Shown here: positions 1 to 11,273 of the stretch, piece after piece
How positions within the stretch are numbered: the first letter of the stretch is position 1
Layout: each line of letters starts with the position of its first letter
Assembly: GCF_036321535.1 (NCBI RefSeq)
Contig: NC_087436.1
Location: forward strand, 42,348,001-42,412,000
Direction: 5' to 3'
Origin: Camelus dromedarius
Taxonomy: Eukaryota
Length of the DNA: 64,000 nt
The notes under the pieces: model-generated
Seen by the model: the letters and a program-made list of their open reading frames with translations, nothing else
Databases searched by the model: none
What the model was told of the DNA's origin: nothing
Position numbers and translations under genes: made by a program

Positions 1-1764
1 CCTCAAACCAAAAATTTAACCTCCAAGGGCCTTAGATTCTTCATTTATAAAATGTTTGTAAACAAGAGAGACAATCTTATTGCTGACGTTCCATTTCTAC
101 AATATTATTGTTTTGTGACCAGAGTCCAACATTATTTGGGCCAGCAGGGAAACTAGTGTAGGTTTTGCTATCTCCTCTTGTGCTCCTCTCATGGGGGAGC
201 ATTTTGATTTCATTCAGAAAAAAAAAGAGAATTGTGTTCCATAGAAACATTTCTTAAGTATAGTCACAATGAGAATGTTTATATTTAAATTGTATTAACT
301 TCAGTACTTAGAAGTGAGTTACTACTTCTTTTGGTGCAGCCAATGCTGCTGGAAGTTTTGGCATAAATCAGTCAGACCCCCATGTCAGCGTTCCGGGTGG
401 TGCTTTGATGTGATGGTGAGCTGGAGTCTACAGAATAATGGACCTGGGTGGGGGTTAGTTAGAGAACCCTGTCGCAGATGACTGATACTGCCAGCCCTGG
501 GAATCTCAGGCATGCCACATAACATCTCTGAACTTCAGTTGTATCATTTGTAAAATGAAGAAATTAGAATGGGGGGTGTGTCTTAGGGTCCCTTAAATTT
601 TAACAATGAATGATCTTCCTCCATCTTAAATCCTTGGTTGTAATAAAACATGGTGACCAAATATATAATGAAAGAGTAAGTTTATTAAATTCCTAGGTAG
701 AAAGAAAGCTGAGTACTTTAAGCAGAATCATTTGGAAAATTATGTTCATTAAACAATTGCAGTGTATAGTTTTTAGATGTTAACTTTTTTGTTTTTCCCT
801 CCATAGATCTAGTCTTTCTAGATGTTAACGTTATGTAACACACCATCAAATGGTAGTCACGTAATGCCCTCTTCTGGCTAAAGATACAAGCACATCCTTT
901 CTCTGGGCTATGGCAGTATCTGAAAATTTGTATGTTCTTAGTTCTTTCCTAAACATTTACCTGTCAGTATATGTTTCAACAATATTTAGTCTGTTTAGTC
1001 CTTAGTAACTCTAAAATAAATGTATTTTATTAATGCCATAGGCATTCACTTGTTTAACAACTCAATTTAATAAACATAGGTGACCTAAAATAATTTAAAA
1101 AAATTTTTGGAATGGAATCTGTCTAGTTGGGGCATTTCTTACTGATAAAATTTACCAACTTACCAGATCCACATTTTCCATTGCATTTATAAAGGATATA
1201 GTGATAAGTTCTAAAACAATCTTGTATTATTATAATTAATTTTTTCAATACATTTGTATTTCTGCCTCCAGACATGTGTAGGAGCTAGCTACACGATTTG
1301 TGCTGCTCCCTAATCAAGACAAACTCTTTGTGATATTATTTTACCATTACTGTTCTTACAGTTTTTACTGTCTAAAAAAGTGATTATCAACCCTTAGGGC
1401 CATATCAGAGTCACTAAGAGGTATGTTCAGAAGACTACATTTTCTCTAACAATGAAACGTGTGGTATTGTTCAGATGTGTTGAGACACTCTGATAGTCTT
1501 CTATATTTAATTTATTATTAAAATCTGGATATTTTTGAGGGCAAAAGAATCATTATCAACAATTACACAGGCTATTGGCCTATTGTAGTGAAGCAGAAGT
1601 TGGGTCATTGTATTTGTATTTTGAAATGTATCAGTAGGACTAATAGGGAGCTGAGGATCATTGCTGAAACTCTGTTTTTACTTTTATTTTCAATGCTGTC
1701 TCTCAACTTTAATTTATAATTTTTGTTGTATGGCAAATAGAAAACTTGTTAAACATTATATTCT

Positions 1765-1955
1765 CTTTGGAGCCAGATAACTTGGATTCAAATCCTGACA
1801 AATTACTTAATTTTTCTGTGCCTCTTTTTCCTCATCTGTATGATGGGAATAATAATAGTACTTAACTTACAGGGCTGTTACAAGGATCAGAGAGTTGACA
1901 ATGAGTTAATATGTGGTTAACATTTAGAACAGTACCTGGAGCATAGTAGACCCTA
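1765..1955 (+). mobile_element. MIR SINE
   Basis: MIR motifs ggagccaga..tggattcaaatcctg, ctgtgcctc..tttcctcatctgta..atgggaataataatagtac, ttagaacagtacctgg..catagta. Confidence 0.85.
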
Positions 1956-2061
1956 TTATTAATAGTAAAATTATTAGTGTCTGTGAGTGGATGATAACCT
2001 ATTTGAATTTTTGCAATGTATGGGCATTTTGGAAGTTAACATTTATGTCAAGAAAGCACTT

Positions 2062-2395
2062 GTTGTGGGCAGCCTCTAAGATGCCCTCAGTGATCCCCGT
2101 CCCCTGGTGTCCATGCTGTAGTGCAGTCCCCTCCCCTTGAGTGGGCTGGATCCACTTCTCACGAGTAGAAAAAACAGCAAAAGTGGTGGGATGTCACTTC
2201 TGAGATTAAGCCACAAAAAAGCTGTGACTTGCATTTTGCCCTCGCTCCCTCACTCTTTCTTCTCCTCTATTGGACCTGTTGCTCTAAGAGAGAAGCAAGA
2301 TGGCATGTTCTGAGCATCCATATGGGGGCCCACGTGGTAAGGAACTGTCTCTGGCCAACAGTCAGCGAGGACTGGAGGCCTGACAGCAACCATTC
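2062..2395 (+). mobile_element. MaLR LTR, MLT1F-like, 3' truncated
   Basis: Starts tgttgtgggcagcctctaagatg..tgatcccc..ccctccccttgagtgggctgga..gggatgtcacttctgagatta, matching the recalled MLT1F 5' end. Confidence 0.8.
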
Positions 2396-3218
2396 CAGTA
2401 GCAAATGGTAACTTATAGATTATTAAGGAATCCAAATGAATACTAGAAAAATGTGATTTCTTCAGTTTCCATGCCAAAGAAAAAAATCCAAATATTTCAT
2501 CTCTGTCCATAAATAAAATCCTTAGATGTTCCAAATGAAAAATGGCTCAGGTTGTGTTTTGAAATGAGGATATGTTTAATCATAAATACAGCCCTGATAG
2601 GAATTCTAGTATGGAAATTAAACTGAATGCATTTTGAGACTAAGAATGTAACACTACAGTTTCATGCCAATTTTACCACTTGATGGAGCTATAATGCCAG
2701 ATAATGTTCTAAAAACTACAATGTTTACATGGAAGTGCTCTTTTTGAGAAATGTAGATAGAATGTATAATCCTAATCATCAGTTGCAAGTGTTCATTCTA
2801 GTGATTACTCTCCACCCTGGCCAAGCAATTTCCATAACACGTCAAAGAGAAAACTTCATGTAATCTTGGGCTGTTAGTGGGGGATAATTTTATTTTCACC
2901 TTAGAAAATTTGAGGAGACTATCCCTTGGGAAATACTTCTGTATTTGTACCAGGAAAGATATAATCTAATACAAATTTAAGGATGAACATTAGGTCTTCT
3001 AGAAGTCACTGTTTGGAGATTATGAAGAGGAAAAGTGAACCTTCTTGGAGAGCAAGGCCTAGGAAAGATTCCCGAGTCCAAAGGTAGAGGAAGACTGATT
3101 TTTGCAAAGAGGAAAGAGGGCAAGGGGTGGAAGTGTCAGTCACAGGCCAACATAAAAGATTCATAGCCTAATCCTCATGACCTCTTTTCCCTATTCAATC
3201 TATTTTATGCGGTAAACA

Positions 3219-3335
3219 CAGGTCCCCAGTCCCTTATCTGAAAACTTTATGGCTGACTATACTTTTGAATTCAAAACTTTTTAGATTTTAAGGAAAGGAA
3301 CACAGTATTTATACCATATAGTACATGACAATAAG
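3219..3335. mobile_element. Ancient DNA transposon fragment (Tigger-like MITE terminus)
   Basis: caggtccccagtcccttatctgaaaac..gaattcaaaactttttagatttta resembles TcMar-Tigger MITE ends; family not determined. Confidence 0.4.
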
Positions 3336-3424
3336 AGGTAGCACTCTTACATAAACATGCTGTCTCAGGCTAGGTTCCACAAGAATCAGGCTTTGAGCCA
3401 GAGGGTTGGGGAAGAACGTTTATC

Positions 3425-5075
3425 ATTCCTGTGGCATGACCCAGAACACCATTCCAGAGGTTTCTGAGCCCCAGGTCACCAAACTGTTCTCAGGAGAAGA
3501 TGATGGAACTTTTCCACTGAACTTTTCCATTGACCACCAAAATTTGTCAAGGAGGCATCAAGAGGTACCCCAATGATTATGTGAATATCAAACATATTGC
3601 TCTTTTCCCCCTTTGTATTACTTTTACTGGTGAAAACGAGCAATTGCTCCTACCAATGTGCAGACTCACTCACATTCTGGTCATGTGCAAGAGGAACATG
3701 AACTATCTAGGAGGCAAACCTTAGCTGATAGTTCAATAGGTCTCTTGCTGTGTCCTGGTGGACATGTGCCCTTTTGGAGGGAAGAGTGCCTGGAGTGGCA
3801 GGGATGGGAAGCATACATTTGCCAGGTGAGTCACTGAGAGCGATGATAAGCAGGGGTAATCCTGCTTCTACATCTTGGTTCCTGGACTTACATATTCTGC
3901 TTCCTGGAGACACTGCACCATACAAAGGCCTATGAATTACAGTGGACACTGTGTCCTGAAGGAATAGCGTCACTGTAAAGCACCTCCTCTGAACCTGTAC
4001 TTCAGCTTCCACAGCCTCCAGCAGGCTATTCCACTGCTCTACCTGGCCAGCAGCTTCTGGATCGCACTGTATGTAATATCACTAGTGGAGCACGTATTAT
4101 GCACCATCTACAAACCCCCTTTTCTATGCAGTGAGTCATCTGATCTGACATAATATTAACACGGAGTCTTGTCAGGATGAATCATATGTTTTATAGACTG
4201 TAGGACAAAGGTGCTGGCTGGGGCTTCATGGGTAGGAAAAACAACTCCATAACTGTAATATGTCAAATGAATCACTTATCAAAATGAATCACTGTCCTTT
4301 CCAAGGTGGAAGGAGTCCAGTGCATTCCGCAGGCCTCCAAGTGACCAGTTGTGCCATATGGACAGCCCAGCAATGTTCTCTATGGCAGGCAGGCTGGACA
4401 TTTCATGGCTTTGGCAAGAAGGGCCCATAGTGTTGGCCCAAGCTTAGCCTCCATTTCTGTCATCACAAACACTTCTTTTTACGTGTCCATTGTGTCAGCA
4501 CTGAGGACTGCTGACAGAGGCTGGCTTGTGTAAACTGGCCAGCTCAATTTTATTTACCGGAGTGTTTAGTGCCGCTTTCACGGTGGAGTTCTCTAGTGAG
4601 CATTAACATGGGACGTGGCTATCTCCACTGTGTGTAGCCATTCTCGTATGTCCACTGCCATGTCTCTAACCAGAACTCTTTGAATGTCATCTTTCAACAT
4701 TTCTCTTTCCAGTGCCCTGATCAGCCAAGCCATTTCCCACTGCCCATTATTCCATATACATTCTAAACTTGGGCCACATCTTTATCCACACAAAATGGAT
4801 GAGCAGGGCACTAGCTGAACTGCTGCTCATTGAGATGACTGCATGTCATCACTGTCTTACCCTGAGTGGTGCTGTAGTGCAGTTGTCATCTATTTCTGTC
4901 TTGTACTCACATCCCCAGCTCACCTATTCATGAACCCAAAACCCTCCATCAGCTGCTTATAAAGGATCTTTGATGCAGCGATAGGTGTGAGGCGAGGGAG
5001 AGGCACAGGTGCGACAGTGATGGATGACATGAGGGCCGTTATGATCTGTTGCACCCGCCAGTCTTCTGATGGTTA
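3425..5075 (-). mobile_element. ERVL / MaLR internal region with degenerate pol (RNase H to integrase)
   Basis: Minus strand gives disrupted ERVL pol motifs (WPKFRMY..WAVGNGLA..WKE, SHVNAH, TALQHHSG) with many stops and frameshifts. Confidence 0.75.
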
Positions 5076-5534
5076 TGCAATGCCGCTGGCCTTTATTGTT
5101 AGGGGGTTTTATTCACTTCTGCTATTACTAGTGAGCGCAGTCTTACAGTACCTTGTCCTGCCTCAGCCTGCAGAAGAGAGCCACCAACATGCTCAGTAAG
5201 GTTGGTGCTCTTCTCACCAACGTAAGCCTCACTTCACGTGATTGGAAAAATCATGGGATATCTGGGCTCTTTCATTTACTGGCTTTATTAATAATAATTA
5301 AAACTATAAATGTTACCATGTCAGTTCACATAAATTTCTGCTGCAAAATGAATTTGCAAAAAGAAAAATAATTATCAGATGTCAGAGATTGAAGATGTGG
5401 TAGAAAAAAATTCTAAGAACTCTTCAGTGTTCATATTTGTAGACTGCTGTCACTTTAAAATCAAAGAAAACAAACTGAGAAAAACAATGGTGCAGCATGG
5501 CAACATTTATGTTTCTAGCACTGGTACATCTTTC

Positions 5535-5770
5535 TTAGTCTCAAACTTTGGAATCATCTGTGACTCTTAGATCTATTTAGATCCCACATTGAACCAATTT
5601 CTGTAATTCTTCCCTTAAAAGGCATTCAACACTTATGTTTTGTTTCCATCTCCAGCTTTTGACTGCAAACCCTTGTCTCACTTTTTGATTATGGACTAAT
5701 ATCCTAATTGAGCTTTCCCTGTCTAAATAAGCCTGCCTACCACTGCTAGATTAGTTTTTCTGAACATCTA
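5535..5770 (+). mobile_element. L2 fragment
   Basis: aaactttggaatcatctgtgactc..cccacattgaacc..ccactgctagattagtttttctgaa resembles the 3' part of L2 ORF2. Confidence 0.55.
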
Positions 5771-5809
5771 TTTTTGGTACCCTATTTTTGGCTAAAAAAT
5801 ATAAAAAAA

Positions 5810-6074
5810 AATCAATAAAAGTTGCTTGTTAAATACACTTAAACAATTTTAAAAAGAAAGCCCCCAATCTGAGAAAGTTTATTAGCAACACGTTTGAAGG
5901 ATTAGTATTTAAACTAGGTACTACATAAGGGATGCTTCCAACTTAGCAAATGACAAAGTCTCCATAGAAAATGGGAAAACATCATGATAATTCACAAATG
6001 AAGAAATATAAACAGACAATACATCTGAAAAATGTGCAGGTTGATAATAATAAAAATGCAAATCAAAATACAAC
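5810..6074 (+). mobile_element. Old L1 (L1M) ORF2 3' region, left part; interrupted by the RPSA retrocopy
   Basis: aaaaatgcaaatcaaaatacaac is the L1 ORF2 'MQIKT' motif; L1 sequence resumes after 7090. Confidence 0.65.
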
Positions 6075-6077
6075 TTA

Positions 6078-7090
6078 CCCCTCTGCGCTACCCAGCCACA
6101 CAGCCTTGATCTGGGGTTCCCATCGTAATTTAAGGGAAATTTTCACAATGTCCAGAGTCCTTGATGTTCTGCAAGTGAGGGAGGAAGACGTTCGCAAATT
6201 CCTTGCAGCAGGAACCCACTTAGGTGGCACCAAACGTGACCTCCAAATGGAACAGTACATCTGCCAAAAAAAAAAGAAGAAGAAGAAGCAGTGGCATCTA
6301 TATCATAAATCTGAAGAGGACCTGGAAGAAGCTTAGATTTTGTTGGCAGTTTGTGCCACTGAAAACTCAGCTGATACCAGTGTCACATCCTCCAGGAATA
6401 CTGGCTGTTGAGCTGTGCTGAAGTTTGCTGTTGCCACTGGAGTCATTCCTGTTGCTGGCCACTTAACTCCTGAAATCTTCACCAACCAGACTCAGGCAGC
6501 TTTCTGGGAGCCACGATTTCTGGTGGTTACTGATCCCAGGGCTGACCACCGCCTCTCACAGAGGCATCTTACGTTAAATGCCTACAATCTCTCAGTACAA
6601 CACAGACTCTCCTCTTCATTATGTGGATGTTGCCACCCCCAGCAATCACAAGGGAGCTGATGTGGTGGATGCTGGCCCAGGAGGTTCTGCACACGCGTGG
6701 CACCATCTCCTATGAACACGCATGGGACCATGCCTCATCTCTACTTCTTCAGAATTCCTAACGAGCTTGAAAAGGAAGATCAGGCTGCTGCTTAAGAGGA
6801 TGTGACCGAGGAGGAATTTCGGGATGGGTGGACTGCTCCAGCTCCCAAGTTTACTGCTACTCAACTCCAGGTCACAGGCTGGTCTGAAGGTTGGCAGGCG
6901 CCCTCGGTGCCTATCCAGCAGCCCCCTTCTGAAGAATGGAGCGCTCAGCCGGCCACTGGAAGACTAGTCTGCAGCTCCCACTGCTCGGGCCACTGAATGA
7001 GTAAGAACAGCACTGAGTGATCTTAAGGTGTTCTACAGTCTCTTAAACAGAAAATGGAAATAAGGATGATGGAAAATAAACAGTTAAAAA
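6078..7090 (+). pseudogene. RPSA: Full-length processed pseudogene of RPSA (40S ribosomal protein SA / laminin receptor 1)
   Basis: 5'UTR ..gggaaattttcacaATG (ATG at 6148). Peptides [94 protein letters not shown] across shifted frames. No introns; frameshifts and small deletions. Stop at about 7024-7026, AATAAA 7075-7080, short A tail. Confidence 0.97.
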
Positions 7091-7745
7091 ATCTCATTAT
7101 TTGTCTCTCAATTTGGTTAAGATTAAAAAGAATGATAATATCCATTACCAGTAAAGTGTGGGGAAACAGAACTTCTCACAAACACTGATGGATTGAATGT
7201 AAATTGATGTAAACTTTTTTAGAGAAAAGCTTTTAAAATTCAAAGTTATATATGCTCTTTGACCGAAGATTTACACTTTCAGGAATTTATCCTAAGAAAA
7301 TTGTGCATTTGCCCAAATATTTATTCATAAAAATGCTTGACTCAAAAATTTTTATGTCTGAAATATGAGATAGGAGAGAAAAATAAACAAATAAAAAACT
7401 TGTTTAAAATGTTGTATAATCTTCAGTTGGTATAATACTATATGCAATCATCAAAATGATATAGCAGAATAATGTTGTAGACTGGGATATATATTTGAGA
7501 TACAGTGTTAGGTAACAAAAATAAATTAACAACTAATATGTATGGTATGAAATCATTTTTAAAGGAAATTAATGTACAGAAAGAGAGAAAAAAGTCTCAA
7601 AATACATAGCTCAAAATACTAACAGTGTTTTTCTCTAGGTGGTAGAATTATAAGTGATCTTTCTTTTTTAATTAAAAAAAATTCCAAAATACAGAATATT
7701 TTGTATAAAATAAATGAGTTGGCAATTGTAAAAATAAATGACTAT
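7091..7745 (+). mobile_element. Old L1 (L1ME/L1MC-like) ORF2 end and 3'UTR, right part
   Basis: aagattaaaaagaatgataata..gtgtggggaaacagaacttctca..tgtaaattg..tttgacc..ttacactttcaggaatttatcctaag are L1 3' motifs. Confidence 0.7.
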
Positions 7746-8107
7746 TACTTTCATGGTAAAGGGTATACTTGAAGACCACAGACCCCACAGACCCCAAACA
7801 TGTTAGCCTGTATTCCTGTCATGTCTTCCCACTTCCCTTCCCTCCCACACAACCAACCCGGGTTACAGAATCAACACAACACACTCAGTGTGAAGGCTGT
7901 TGCAAAAAGGACAGATACCCTGGCTGCATAATAGTTCTTCATTATCTGGGTCCACAACCCTCTTCAAAATGCAACTTCAGAGAAGAGATACACAATGTCA
8001 ACCAGATAAGCCACATGCCAAATCTATCTAGGTGATTAACAGGTGACAGATTTTGGAGTTAGATTTCCCTCATATTCAACTGAAGCAGTTATATTTAAGA
8101 ATAGCAA

Positions 8108-9827
8108 TTTTTTTGCTGTTCAAATGAAAGTATTTATTTTTATAATTGTTTTCTTCAGTCAGTTCATCTCTAAGTGCACTTAAGAGACAGAACAAAGACC
8201 CTTATTTAATCTTGTACCAAGTTTAAAAGAATAACCAGTAGCTTCCATTTCTTGTTTTAGATGTTATTACTATTAACTTATATTCTCTTGGTATAAAAAT
8301 ATTTTTTAAAAGAATCCCAAACTAACACATAAACGAGCAACAAGCCTATCAACATATACTTATAAACACAAATGTAGCTAGTACATACATGTTAGGTAAA
8401 ACAGGAATGGTATTTCTGGGTGGTTTAATCATGAATGGCATTAGGTATTGCAAGAAAAGAAGTTTCCAGAGTGTGATCAATCTTTGTTTTTAGCACAGGG
8501 TAACTTTTCATTTCATGGTACATATATTACTATATTAAAAAAAAAAAAAACAACCTGGTTTACTTGATTAAAACCAGGGAAGAATGACCGTGTTTGTGAG
8601 GAGCAATAACTTACAAAAAGCTCCTTGGGGGCGATGCGCTGACCGCCTGGGGGGTGGGGTCCAATTTCAAAGTCTGACCCATAAGGCATAGGGACAAGCT
8701 GTCAAATTTTTAACTCTGTAGATGTATCTTGAATTCACACAAAATGGTAAAAATGTGTATTCTCCTGTCTGTGTTTAATGTGCTCTAACGATGATCAATT
8801 TGGGGGAGAAGTGCTCCTTCCAAACCACAAGTAGGATCGTTTCCAAATTTAAAGAAATGGTCATCCTTTTCTGTGCCTTCAGGTGTGGAACCAGAAAGTA
8901 TTTTCCTCTCTTGTTGGTGCAGCTTCTTGGCCTCCTGTTACTTCTGCTGTCCCTCTTTTTTTTTTTTTTTTTTTTCGCTTCAAGTTTCAAACAATCTTCA
9001 AAGGTTTTATTCATCAACTTCTGCTATGTGGCAGAATCCTTGAAGCCTCCGAGTTCTTCTCCAGCTTTGATCGCCTGAAACTGGGGCTTGAGGACCATCT
9101 GCAGGTTCTCCTTGAGTCGTTCCTGCTGCTTCACTTTTTTCCTCCTGGAGAATTTTGCACTGTTTCCAGACCCCTTCAACTCAGTATTTTTCAACATCTG
9201 AACTGAAAAATTTCTGCACTACTTGGTTGTCCCTCCAGTTTTTTCTCTTCTCCTTTTTCATGAAATTCTCATTGCTCTAAGAATTTTAGTTTCTTCTTTT
9301 TTCACTAATTTCGAAACCAATGAATTCAAAAGCCTCAATTCTTCATTCTCTTTGTCTACTTAAAAGTCAGGGTTCTCAAACATAACTTTAAAACAATCAC
9401 TGGTGAGAAAGAATATTAGGAAGGCTCCTAACTTTCTTCTTCCATGTAGGTTTTTGCTTCTCTTCCTCTTCCTCAATTAAAGTGCTAGTAGCACTGTTAA
9501 CTTTTGTCAGTTTCTTGAATTGGACTCTGTGCACGTGTTTCTTCTGTCGTTTGTCATATCTTATCTTTCCTATATACTTCAAAAGCAAATTGATTTACCA
9601 TGAATATCATGAGTTTTATGATAGATAGAGTCTTTTATCCGTGAAAAATCCATGCCTATATGCACAGAGAAAAAGTGATCCAGAAAGACAAGTGAGCCCT
9701 AAATTTTCAAGGGCTTTCTTGGTAACAAGTTTGTAATCATTATAAGCTCTGCTTTCTGTATCCTTCCCCAATTCTTCTGTCAGGATGTCTAAGAAGGAAC
9801 ACATTACCCGGGAGCAGAACCCAAAGC
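8108..9827 (-). pseudogene. NOL10: Processed pseudogene of NOL10 (C-terminal half plus 3'UTR)
   Basis: Minus-strand peptides CSFLDILTEEL..YNDYKLVTKKALENLGLT..AYRHGFF, LIEEEEEKQKPTWKKKVRSLPNIL, DCFKVMFENPDF*VDKENEELRLLN (NUC153 region), MNKTFEDCLKLEAK match recalled NOL10. Intronless, with stops and frameshifts. Stop at 8849-8851, AATAAA at 8133-8138, poly(A) remnant at 8108-8114. Confidence 0.95.
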
Positions 9828-9982
9828 TGGATTACTGGTTTGTTACAAAGGAATACAATTCAGGAACAGCCAGATGGAAGAGAGGCATAGGTTGAGGTAA
9901 GGGGAAAGGGCGTGGAGCTTCCATGCCCTCTCATCCAGCACCCCTTTCCCTGAATCTCCATGTTCGCCAACCCAGAAGCTCT
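9828..9982 (-). mobile_element. MER21-type LTR segment fused to the 5' end of the NOL10 retrocopy
   Basis: attactggtttgttacaaaggaatacaattcaggaacagccagatggaagagaggcatagg..gcgtggagcttccatgccctctc..ccaacccagaagctct closely matches recalled MER21; LTR sense is co-directional with NOL10. Confidence 0.88.
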
Positions 9983-10850
9983 AAGGATAGTGTATTTTTG
10001 TGAAACAAAACATGAAACATAGATGTCATACATAAAAGAATACTTACGGGCAAGTGAAACAGCATATTTTAAATTGGAGTTGCCCCTGGTAACCTGGGAC
10101 AAATGATTGGCTTAGAGGCATCTTCAGAAAGTGGTGGAAAAATTGCTTTTCTTCTTATGCTCATTACCACTCCCAGGCTTTCAGAGACAATGAGAAAAAT
10201 CAGGGTAAGCAATTCTTAAGAATTTGAGGACATCATGCCAAAAAATCAACAATAAAGTACTTCTTAAAAGTAGCAAATGTATCAACATTTTCATAATGAA
10301 ACCATAGAACTAAAAAAGGATGTGACTTTTAAAATGCATTCCATATGCTAGGTACCTTCTTATACACTAACTTCTTGAAGCCTATATATCCATTCCACAG
10401 GATATATATATATAGAAAAGGGTTTAGTCTAACTACTTTAGCAGAAATACTAAAGGAAATTAAATACCTCCTATAATCTCGAGGAGAGCTGGAGGAGAAC
10501 CAGACTTGAACACTGCACTGACAGGAATAGTACAGGAAGGAAAAATTCCCAAATAGACCTTAGATATGAAAATTATTCTGAGAAGTTAAAAAACATAAAG
10601 GAAATTATTACTAATGGCATCATGAGAAACTGTAAGTACATTAGAAAACATACTCAATATCTTCTCTCAACTTTGATATGATCTTCATATGATTAACCTT
10701 CATCTAATTTCATGGCCATTGTAGGTACTCGAAAGCAGCATGTGTCCATCACATTCAATTACATTAACTTTAATTCTAGTGATGTGAAAAGTAAACTTTA
10801 CAGACTACAAGACACTCAGCAAAGTGATTTAGTTATCAGTTGATAGGCTA

Positions 10851-11273
10851 GAGTAGATGTATTATTTGCTCACAATTATCGGTCTCCTCCCCACCCCTGT
10901 CATGCTTCCCCATTGGTAGAGAATATGTCCTCCTGCCCCACTGACATTGGCTTCACCGCGTAACTTGCTTGGGTCAATGGAGTGTGAGCAGATATGACAC
11001 ACACCCGTCCAAGTAGAAGCTTTAAATGCCTTGCCTGGGTTGGTTCTGTCCTATTTAAGCAGTTGTCCTCTGCCATGAGAACACCATGTCTCAGATGGCG
11101 GCCCTTCCTTCAGAAATGGATACAGGCCTGACAGGACTCCTGGAGCTGAGCTGAGGCCAATGAAGCCCAGCGAAGAACTGCTTTCCAGTCACATCCACAA
11201 CAGTTAAAAATGAGTATTGAGGAGCCCCTGCAATTTTGAGTTTGCTGCCACTGACAAAAGTTGGATGACATAC
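10851..11273 (+). mobile_element. MaLR LTR, MLT1I-like solo LTR
   Basis: taacttgcttgggtcaatggagtgtgagcagatatgaca..agaagctttaaatg..ctctgccatgagaac; ends ..gacataca. Confidence 0.75.

Larger units (their letters stand above)
8096..9999 (-). other. Target-site duplication enclosing the MER21+NOL10 insertion
   Basis: taagaatagcaattttt (8096-8112) vs taaggatagtgtattttt (9982-9999); the CA vs TG difference fits opposite-strand decay of one ancestral CpG. Confidence 0.7.

Noticed and set aside
340..415. 76-nt segment flanked by ttttggtgcag and GTGAG with one open frame (QCCWKFWHKSVRPPCQRSGWCFDVM)
   Set aside because: No recognisable homology; splice-like pairs are common by chance.
5971..6336. 121-aa ORF appearing to extend RPSA at the N-terminus
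   Set aside because: Chance read-through from flanking L1 into the pseudogene; it frameshifts at the A/AAG tract.
8775..9206. Overlapping ORFs with poly-K or poly-F
   Set aside because: Sense and antisense frames of the disrupted NOL10 copy across the T20 tract.
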